Source: Acidobacteriota bacterium (lineage in GTDB: Bacteria > Acidobacteriota > UBA6911). Taken from it: 64,000 bases of DNA. Where the stretch lies: positions 4,128,001 through 4,192,000 of the forward strand of contig OY761556.1 in NCBI GenBank assembly GCA_963664705.1. The letters run 5' to 3'. Positions 30,356 to 39,093 of this stretch are shown piece after piece (the first letter of the stretch is position 1; every line of letters starts with the position of its first letter). Made by a program: the position numbers and the translations under genes. The notes below the pieces were generated by a model. The model did not search any database. It had not been told where the DNA came from and saw nothing but the letters and a program-made list of their open reading frames with translations.

Positions 30356-30505
30356 TGTAAGTTTCTCCGACATTTGGTTGCGAAAAATCTACTATGCCCT
30401 TAGGAAAAATATTCAAAAAAAGGCACACTCGTTATGTAAAACCATTACAGTCAATTACTTACAATCCTACGGCCATTGCTGGCAAAGTTGTAAGGAATTC
30501 CGACA
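30356..30505. promoter_or_regulatory. Putative enhancer-binding-protein sites TGTAA-N6-CCGACA (x2) plus TGTAA-N5-TTACA
   Basis: TGTAAGTTTCTCCGACA 30356-30372, TGTAAAACCATTACA 30435-30449, TGTAAGGAATTCCGACA 30489-30505. Confidence 0.65.
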
Positions 30506-30799
30506 AAGTCAAGCTTGACCGACCGTGCGGGATTGTCGATGCAGTTTGGGTGGCAGAAGCTTATGAGAAGCCGATGGCTCGGTTTCCCCGCAATGATACA
30601 GAGAACGGATCCAAATTCCCGGTGACGGTCTGCAACGGACGAGACTGCAAAGCGTTAGATTACGGTGCAATGAACGGGGCGTGTTCCCTTTGCGTAATCA
30701 TGGTGGTTCTCTTTTGTGTTCACAAAATATGTTTTTGGATGGGCATTTCCAGGGATGCTTTCAGGGCTCCGCATAAAACAATGGGTGTCCAGGTTTACG

Positions 30800-31279
30800 G
30801 AACCGCAATACAGAACCGCAATGTGTTCCGGACAATTGGTTAAGGCCTGGATCTGTTCAGCCCGAGGAGGAAGGGGTTTTTTGCCGATGCAGGATTTTCG
30901 GGGACAAAGCCCAAGCCAGCGAGCGGCGACATCGGAATCAGACCAGGAGCGAAGAATGTCGGGTCGAGTGCGCAAGATGGAATGCACGTGGTTTTCCATG
31001 ATGGCGTAAGCGCATACGTCGATGGCGAAGATGCCGGCAAGATGTTTCAAACGATCGAGAATCCATTTTTTGCGATGGGAGAAGTCCCGGCCGCTAAGCG
31101 GGTCATATCCGCAAAGATAAGCTCTGCGGACGCATCGGCTGATGCAGTGATAAACACCTTCCTCCCCTTCGATGACATAGTTGTTTCTTGCCAATCCCAT
31201 GGTTTGCCTCCTTGCATAGTTACTAATGGCGAACCATGGGAATTGAGCGAAGAAATATTCAAAAATAGTGGGTGTCCAG
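30800..31279 (-). pseudogene. 3'-truncated second copy of the HUH transposase with its upstream end
   Basis: About 30913-31279 appears identical to 28511-28877; homology continues with divergence to about 30810 and stops next to another TGGGTGTCCAG (30782). Catalytic Tyr region is absent. Confidence 0.88.
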
Positions 31280-31325
31280 GTTTACAGTACAGTGGGTGTC
31301 CAGATTTATCTCCAGATTTACAGAT

Positions 31326-33394
31326 TTATCTTCGTTCGGCAAAAGGATCAGTGCCATTCCATTTGCCACCGCCGGAGATAACTGTATAGAGCGCATCGTA
31401 ATGCATGGTTTCAAAAATGGTAAACTCGTTGAAGGATATCATCTCCCTGTCATCCACATACTGGCGTTCCTTGGACAATGCGGTTACGGGAGGTATAACC
31501 GCCAATCCGCGGTTCCATCCGGTAACGCCCGGGCCAAAAACCGTAATGCCGGGTCTGGGCCCTTGTCCGAGCGACATCGTATAGGCACTTTCGCGGTCGT
31601 GGATATTGTGGACCTGATGAAATCCCAGCCCGGTAACATAACTGATGCCCAGGGGATTCAATCCCAATTTATAATCCATTAATTCCGAAGCTGCATCAAA
31701 ATATCTTTGATCGCCGGATAGCATCCATTGCAGCAAAGAAGCCGCAGCATATTGCGGCTGCCGCACATTGTGCCCCCACGCCTTTCCATCTGGATTATTT
31801 CCGATCGGATAGGCATGCCGACGCAATTCCTCGATATTGGCATCGGCTGCATCCTTGATCGCCTTTTTAAAATAATTGACGATCTCCGGATCGGTCGCGG
31901 TTTTCTTCTCCACGATATAGGAAAGGATATACGCGGGATTGTCAAACTTGGCATCGTTTAAGGAATATCCCGGCGTCTCATACAGATTATCCTTCAAGCC
32001 GCCGGCTATTCGGTAAAGCTCTCTGACCTTCTGATGATCGGATTCTTCCCTGCGCAAAAGATATCGCTGAATGTAAAAGTACAGCCTTTCCGGTGCAGCC
32101 ATAACTGCGCCCCCGGATTGCATTGCTTTTTCCGCCCGCTGCGCCAGATCCGCCGACTTTTTGGCATCAAACGGTTTGATTATGCGAGCCAAATGCATGA
32201 ACAAACCCGCGCCGGCGCAGGTTGCACGGTCGTCGAGTTTTACAGTCCCATATTTCTTGTTGTCCTGATCGAGGGGCGCTGCAAAGGGTTCCGCGTATCC
32301 TCGAGTCTCCGTTCCGAAATGGATGCTTCCATCATCAGTCTGCAAATACTCCCATGCCAGGCTCCCCCATGCGGCTTCATCGATAACGTCCGGAATCCCA
32401 TTGGTATAGCCCAGAATGTTATAGTCGGCGTCAAATTTTCCAGGGATATCGAATTGGCCATCCGTGAAATAGCGAGGGAATGCTTCATAAACCATCAGAT
32501 TGATGATCGGGTTGGCCATGTGGAAAGCTCGCCGATCGGCATCGCCCGCATCGTGGTAGCCTCCATACATGCGGAATGTTTTTTCGTCTCCTTTTACGTC
32601 AATATTTGCTTCGCCGATCGGTCCGTTCACATCGTAAATCAGCGTATGGCACGGCTTCTTCCGAATATCGGGCTTGCGTATCGGGCAACCGCAACGCTGC
32701 AAGTACTGGGCTCTAAAAAGAGTGTATGCCAGCTTTTTGGAAAACTGGCTACCCACGCCGAAGGGATAAGAACTGCCATATCCTTTGACAGTAATCCGGT
32801 ACGGTCCCCCTTCAGGAACGCCCGCCAGATTGATGCGATATACAAAGTCGCCCGAACCTGCATCCGCACCAATTTCCTCCAGGTTTCTGTTGCTACTGCC
32901 TTTCCGGTTTGGACATTCCACACCTCATACGCAGGCAGTGCCCCTTCGATTTTGCCGGATCCTCCGGTTCCAAGCCAAATGGCAAAATTGGCATACCTGC
33001 GCGTGGATTTCGCACTATACCCCACTTGATTGGTTTTGATGGCTTCGCAGAATATTTCCCTCTCGCGAAAATCAAAATCCCTATCTCCATAGGGCGTTTC
33101 CACCCGGTATCGCTTGCCTTCCTGTAGCTTGGAGGTTTTCAGGTAAATTCGGTGGTCGAAGAGGTCTGCGCTGGTTGAATATCTTTCGATTCCGGATACC
33201 GGCTCCCCATTGATCTTCCACCGGGAAAGGTCTTCGATGTCTATGGCATTTGCGTCACGAGAGTCCCCCGCTATGAACACCACCAGCACATTATCGGAAG
33301 CGGAGCAGATTTCTTTTAACGATGGACGCGCGGACATGCTCAGGAATCCGCAAAATAATGCCAGAACAGTAAAAAGGAGTACTTTTTTAACCAT
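31326..33394 (-). pseudogene. Secreted glycoside hydrolase family 9 split by a 1-nt frameshift
   Basis: ORF 32639-33394 (signal peptide, KTNQVGY) and ORF 31326-32921 (GGYHDAGD, LGLNP…SYVTGLG, YVD…NEFTI) join at about 32887. Confidence 0.85.
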
Positions 33395-33994
33395 AGATCA
33401 ATCCTTGCATCCTATATGAGTAATAGAGACACAGCTCAATCCCTTGCGCTAGCGCTGCCCTCTTGACTTTTGTTGGGCGATTTTACCGCTGTATAGGTCA
33501 AATTGATGAAGAAAACTCCGCGAAGTAGAGCGTCCGGCCTAATACCGCAGGTCCTTTACACAGCAAAGATCTCTGTCAGAAGTTCCCATACCCCAAAGCC
33601 GCCGGCCACGAACCCTCTGCAAAATACCTTTCCGGGCACTGGTCAGCAGGGATTCGGAAATACGTGGGTAGCGGTTGGAACAATTTCCAAGTAAGAATCC
33701 TCAATATTATTACTAATTTCCTATTGAATATATTTCATGACATTTCTTTCTTTTCTTTGTCATTGTTTACAATTGAAGTTATTGTAATTAAATGCTTTAT
33801 CGTTTTGTCCCAGCAGATTGTATCGCATTGACATTCAAATTTATTATTGTTATAAAATGCGGCTTCTTACAACAAAAGAGCATGCCTTTATGGTACTGGT
33901 TTCGGGACTGCCCCTTGTGTCGGCAACGTTTTCCCTATGCAAACAACCATGGTATCCACGCATGGCATGCAACAACAAAAGGTGGACACTCATT

Positions 33995-35074
33995 ATGAAA
34001 ATTCGGCTTCTTTTGATCCTCGCATTTCTGACCAGTGGAACTGCAAATTCGCAAGTTCTTAATCCACAAAAGGATTTGGCTTTCGGCCAGTTGGCCGCGG
34101 GCGGTGGCTATGAAACTGTCCTTATTGTCACCAATCGCGGTATCAGCAGCTATTCCGGCATCATGAAGCTATACCAGAATAGCGGAAAGCCGTGGAATCC
34201 TCTGATCAATGGGGTCACGCCTTCAAGCGGAAAACTGCCGGTTTCCTTATCTTCCGGAGAGACAAAATCGTACAAGATAACATTGCCGGGAGGCGTGGAA
34301 GCAGGGTTTGCCATCATTGTTGCGGACACAATGGATCAGAAGTCTTTCATCGAAGGCAATCTCACCTATTACGTACATTCTGCAGGCACCATCTCTGAAA
34401 GCGTAGGAATATCGCCTTCATCCGAGTTCTATCGCGCTACCCTGACATCGGATGACATGTCTACCCTGGCGATGGCGTTGGTAAACCTGAATGCAACACC
34501 GGCCGTGATTACACTAAAGGCCTATAGCGAAGCGAATACGCCGCTGGGTAGTCCGGTTACACTTCCCGATCTGGGGCCCAACTATCACATGGCAGAATAT
34601 ATCTGGCAAAGAATTGCCGAAATTAAGGGGATGCGCGGCCGGGTTGAGATACAATCCAATGTTCCTATCATGGGAATCGCTATTACGGATATCAATGGAT
34701 TGTTCTCCTCGCTGCCTTTGAGCGCGGCACCCTGTTCCTATGATTTTTCCACGACCATCAGCGGCATTCCGCTGAACGGCGAATTGGGCATGTGGATTGA
34801 GGGCCCCTACATCAAAGGGTATTTAAGAGTCACCCATGCCAATAATGCTCCGTTAAGCCCTCCTGGAACTTTCCTTTTCCATGGAGTATATGCCAATGGT
34901 ATTCTCCGGGCTGGCGGCGTCGGTCAACTGGCTATTCTTGGAAACGTGGACCTTGAAGTCTTCGCGGAATTGAAGAATTTTTCGCTTTCTACCACAGCTG
35001 CAAGCGGAACCATAAGGGTAACGGCCAATGGTCAATCCGAAACCAATGCGGCCACCTTTACTAAAGTATTTTAA
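33995..35074 (+). CDS. Secreted hypothetical beta-rich protein
   Basis: Signal peptide; FGQLAAGGGYET…ALVNLN pattern resembling acidobacterial secreted proteins. Confidence 0.7.
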   Translation: MKIRLLLILAFLTSGTANSQVLNPQKDLAFGQLAAGGGYETVLIVTNRGISSYSGIMKLYQNSGKPWNPLINGVTPSSGKLPVSLSSGETKSYKITLPGGVEAGFAIIVADTMDQKSFIEGNLTYYVHSAGTISESVGISPSSEFYRATLTSDDMSTLAMALVNLNATPAVITLKAYSEANTPLGSPVTLPDLGPNYHMAEYIWQRIAEIKGMRGRVEIQSNVPIMGIAITDINGLFSSLPLSAAPCSYDFSTTISGIPLNGELGMWIEGPYIKGYLRVTHANNAPLSPPGTFLFHGVYANGILRAGGVGQLAILGNVDLEVFAELKNFSLSTTAASGTIRVTANGQSETNAATFTKVF

Positions 35075-35161
35075 GGAATATCGGACACATCCGTTTGGTC
35101 ACAGGCAATCTTGAGATTCTGCGGGCTAAAGCTGCCGCAATGGTGCTGTCCCACTCCCAAG

Positions 35162-38100
35162 TTACGGACGTGAGGTGTACCAGTGCGGCGCAAGCGGCGC
35201 AATCTCCCGCAACGAGCGGTAGAGATTTCCGAGTTTGTCTACCGCAACGCGCTTGCCGTCGATGGAGATGAAAATTTCGTCTCCATTGTGCGACTCCCCC
35301 ATGCGGAACGATTTCGCCTCAAGGAATTCGGTCATCTTGAGTCCGTGGATCCGGAGCTGGAGATCGTTATACAGTTCTTCGGACCCCATAGCCTTGCATC
35401 TGTCGCAAATGCAAACGCGCAGCTGGTGTACTACAAAAGCGGAATCCTGCGCATTTCGCAATTTCCCTTCCGGTCCTGTGCGGAAAGGAGCGTAGTGGGT
35501 GTGCAAAAGCTCATGTGCCCGCGGCGAATTTGGAGCTTCGTAATAATCCGTATACAGCTTCAGTATGTCGGGATTTTCGTGAGAACGTCGAAGCGATGAC
35601 TGATTGTCAATGGTAACCAGAACATTTTGGCGTTCGCTGAGAGCGCCTGTCTTCTCGGGAATGGGATGGCCGGCGCCACAGATGCAGCCTCCGGGACAGG
35701 CCATTACTTCGATAAGGTCATAGCCGCAATCCTCGCCTCCGAGAACGCGCTCAATAATCGGCTCCACATTGTGAAGTCCCGAAACAACAGCCACACGAAT
35801 CTTCGCATCCCCCGCTTCCACCAGTGCTTCCTTCACGCCGGCAAACCCTCGGACTTCCTCGAAGACCGGTCCTTCAGGTCGAGGTTCGCCGGTCAGTTTC
35901 TCAAAGGCCATCCGGAGCGTTGCCTCGGAAACGCCACCGGAGGCTCCAAACAGAACGCCCGCGGAAGAAACCCGGCGATAGGGGTCGTCGAATTCGCAGG
36001 GTTGAACACTACCAGGATCGATCCGCGTCAACCGGATCATATCGAGCATTTCAGTGGTAGTAAGGACCGCATTGACATCCCGAATGCCGCCCGGTGCGTA
36101 TTCCGCGCGTGCCGCTTCAACCTTTTTGGCAAGACAGGGAACGATCGATACGACATACAGCTTTTCGCGCGGTATTCCGACTAGCCCGGCAAAATGGTTC
36201 TTCACCGTCGCGCCCATCATCTGCTGCGGAGACCGGCAACTCGAAAGATGCGGAATAAGGCCTGGATACCGGCGTTCCACAAAGTTGACCCAGGCGGGGC
36301 AACACGAGGTGAATTGCGGTAATCGCTCGTTTGAATGAATCCGCCCGAGAAACTCGGTCGTTTCCTCCACGATGGTCAAATCCGCAGCAAAGGAGAAATC
36401 AAATATCTTATCAAAGCCAAGCGCCCGCATCAGTCCGGCCATGTAAGGCGCGGCCGCTTCGGGAGAAACGCCGAAAGTCTGGGTGATCACGGAGCGCACC
36501 GCCGGCGCCACGAAGCCGACAACGGTGAGATCCGGGTCATTGATGGCACGAAAAACGTGTCCCTTCTCCCTGCGATATTCCAAGGCTCCGCAGGGGCAGG
36601 AGTTGACACACTGGCCGCAGGAAACACAATCGGTCTCGCGCAGCGGCAAACCGCTCTTGGTCCCGACCAGCTGGCGCCCTTTTTTATAGTGCATCGCGAG
36701 CACATCCGGGCCTTCGATCTCAGCGCATGCCGCCACGCACCGACCGCAGGAAATGCATTTATTGTGATCGCGAATGATGAACGGATGATCGTGAACGAGC
36801 GGCAGACTCGGACGCTCATGCATCGGTTTTACGTATTGGATTCCATGCGAGCGCGCCTCTTTGCGCAGAGTACAGGAATAGCGCTCACTACAGCCGCAGC
36901 GGAGGCAGCGTTTCGCTTCCTCCCGGACTACTGCTTCAGTCAGACCCAGTTCCACCTCTCTGAAATCCAAAAGCCGCGCTTCATCCTCGATGGTGCGCAT
37001 CGGTGCGCGCTGCATTCGCGGCATCTCTTCGAATTCCCAGCGCGGAAGATCTTCGAGCGTGCCCCGGCTGCAACAGTAATTCGTATTTTCCTCGCGAACA
37101 TATCCCTTGGTGAGGAACGAGTTTATGGCTTCAGCGGCGCGCCTCCCGGCTCCGACAGCCTGGATTACGGTGGCCGGGCCCGTTACGCAATCCCCCCCCG
37201 CGAATATTTTGTCGCCCGAACTCTGGGAGGTTTTTTGATTTACTTCAATATCGCCCCATTTGTTCAAACGCACCGGGAAATCATTGTAGAGAAAAAGCGT
37301 ATTCGTGCTTTGACCCACAGCGCCGATGACGGAGTCCGCTTCCAGAAGGAATTCCGACCCTTCAACCGGAACCGGTCTCTGGCGGCCGGAACGATCTTTT
37401 TCTCCTAAAGACATTTTGATGCAATGAACTTCCTTTTTCCCGGCACTGTTCTGCGTGATCCGCACGGGAGCCGCCAGAAATACCATCTCAATGCCCTCGC
37501 GGAGTGCCTCTCGGACTTCGAATTCCTCTGCCGGCATTTGCGCATGCGTACGGCGATAGACAAGCTTCACTTTCTGGGCGCCCCGGCGCAACGCGGTGCG
37601 CGCACAGTCAATGGCCGTGTTCCCGCCCCCCAGAACGATAACCGTCTCGCCGGGATGCGCATCGATGCCTTTGGTGACCTGTTCGAGATAGTGAATGCCG
37701 AGTCGCACACCCTCGAGGTTTTCTCCTTCAATCTGCAGCGGAGACGCACGCCAGGAACCCAGTGCAAGATAGACGGCATCGAAATCGCGCTGGAGGTCCT
37801 CCAGACGCAGATGCGTGCCAAGAGCTTTCCCGGTGACAATATGCACGCCGAGGCTGCGAATAATATCGATTTCTCTGTCCAGCGTTGCTTTCGGAAGTCG
37901 ATATTCGGGGATGCCATACCGCATCATCCCCCCTGGTTGAGGCTGACGTTCAAAAACAATGACGTCATGCCCATTGAGCGCAGAATAGTAAGCCGCCGAG
38001 AGACCCGATGGCCCCGCACCGACAACGGCAACCTTTTTGCCGCTCGGATCGGCCTTTCGCGGCGTCCAAGGAGCCTGTTGAGCCATGTCCCAGTCAGCCA

Positions 38101-38638
38101 CAAACCGTTTGACGTGGTTGATGGCGACCGGCGTATCCACAAGATTGCGGCGGCAGGAGGCTTCGCATGGGTGCGGGCAGACCCGGCCGCAAACCGATGG
38201 AAAAGGGTTACGGTCTTTGATCACTTTAAGAGCGGTTTCGTAATTCCCGTTGCTCACCTGACGCAGATAGCTCTGAATATCAATATTGGCCGGGCATGTC
38301 ATCACACAGGGAGCCACACAATCTGCATTGTGATCCGACAGAAGCTGTTCAAGCCGGATCTTCCGATAGGTTTCCAGTTTGGCACCCGTTGTCTTGATAG
38401 TCATGCCCGGAAGAATCGGAGTCTGGCAGGCTTTGACCTCCCTGCCATCAGGGCCCAGTTCCACTACACACAAGCCACAGTTGCCATTGGAACGTTCGAC
38501 GCGGATATCGTAACAGAGGTGCGGCACGTGGATATTCTCCTGAAGCAGCGCCTGAAGAATAGTGAGTCCTTCATAAACCTGTGTTTCCCGATCGTTGATG
38601 GTGACCGTAATCCGTTTTTTCGCGTCGAGCTGAACCAT
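35162..38638 (-). CDS. Monomeric fusion: 2Fe-2S + GltD/NfnB-like FAD/NAD(P)H module + 2x4Fe-4S + group A [FeFe]-hydrogenase H-domain
   Basis: CVAPCVMTCP, CGRVCPHPCE, GAGPSG, GGGNTA, CISCGRCVAAC, CVSCGQCVNSCP, ADLTIVEE; H-cluster motifs FTSCCPAW, VPCLAKKVE, EVMACPGGCICGAGHP; LLHTHY. Confidence 0.93.
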   Translation of the reverse strand: MVQLDAKKRITVTINDRETQVYEGLTILQALLQENIHVPHLCYDIRVERSNGNCGLCVVELGPDGREVKACQTPILPGMTIKTTGAKLETYRKIRLEQLLSDHNADCVAPCVMTCPANIDIQSYLRQVSNGNYETALKVIKDRNPFPSVCGRVCPHPCEASCRRNLVDTPVAINHVKRFVADWDMAQQAPWTPRKADPSGKKVAVVGAGPSGLSAAYYSALNGHDVIVFERQPQPGGMMRYGIPEYRLPKATLDREIDIIRSLGVHIVTGKALGTHLRLEDLQRDFDAVYLALGSWRASPLQIEGENLEGVRLGIHYLEQVTKGIDAHPGETVIVLGGGNTAIDCARTALRRGAQKVKLVYRRTHAQMPAEEFEVREALREGIEMVFLAAPVRITQNSAGKKEVHCIKMSLGEKDRSGRQRPVPVEGSEFLLEADSVIGAVGQSTNTLFLYNDFPVRLNKWGDIEVNQKTSQSSGDKIFAGGDCVTGPATVIQAVGAGRRAAEAINSFLTKGYVREENTNYCCSRGTLEDLPRWEFEEMPRMQRAPMRTIEDEARLLDFREVELGLTEAVVREEAKRCLRCGCSERYSCTLRKEARSHGIQYVKPMHERPSLPLVHDHPFIIRDHNKCISCGRCVAACAEIEGPDVLAMHYKKGRQLVGTKSGLPLRETDCVSCGQCVNSCPCGALEYRREKGHVFRAINDPDLTVVGFVAPAVRSVITQTFGVSPEAAAPYMAGLMRALGFDKIFDFSFAADLTIVEETTEFLGRIHSNERLPQFTSCCPAWVNFVERRYPGLIPHLSSCRSPQQMMGATVKNHFAGLVGIPREKLYVVSIVPCLAKKVEAARAEYAPGGIRDVNAVLTTTEMLDMIRLTRIDPGSVQPCEFDDPYRRVSSAGVLFGASGGVSEATLRMAFEKLTGEPRPEGPVFEEVRGFAGVKEALVEAGDAKIRVAVVSGLHNVEPIIERVLGGEDCGYDLIEVMACPGGCICGAGHPIPEKTGALSERQNVLVTIDNQSSLRRSHENPDILKLYTDYYEAPNSPRAHELLHTHYAPFRTGPEGKLRNAQDSAFVVHQLRVCICDRCKAMGSEELYNDLQLRIHGLKMTEFLEAKSFRMGESHNGDEIFISIDGKRVAVDKLGNLYRSLREIAPLAPHWYTSRP

Positions 38639-38737
38639 TGATTCTCTCCAAATCCGTTTTATCAGAAGACTTTTCGCTTATCGGCGGCAAAGCCTTTTCA
38701 AACCAGAGAAGAATCTAGCGCCAAAAGAGGCAATGTT

Positions 38738-38771
38738 CAACTACTCTGTGTATGAATACACAGAATAGTTG
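38738..38771. promoter_or_regulatory. Near-perfect 34-bp palindrome upstream of the hydrogenase
   Basis: CAACTACTCTGTGTAT-GA-ATACACAGAATAGTTG, one mismatch in 16-bp arms, 100 bp from the ATG. Confidence 0.7.
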
Positions 38772-39093
38772 CTAAATAGCATAATGACCGTGATTTAAGT
38801 AACAATGCATACAATTTCCTTATATCCTACTAACAATAAAAGAGATATTGGAAACCATTGCTCGCTGACAACCCAATCTTGGACGGAGGAAATGCAGTAT
38901 TCGGCCAATCCGGGCTTCTGGCCGTCGAAATTCATGAGAATGGGATCGAAGCAACCGTTGCTTTCTGATCGCCCCCTACCGGGTCCCTCCGGGGCTGATA
39001 TGCATTACGATTCCAAGCTCCCGAGCAAATATTATGCGGAATTGGGCGAGGCGCGATTTTATGACGAGGAAGATGAATGATCTCTCGGCAGGA

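Noticed and set aside
33897-33912. Sigma-54 promoter (TGGTTTCGGGACTGC)
   Set aside because: GG-N10-GC spacing is present but the match to TGGCACG-N4-TTGC is too weak to call.
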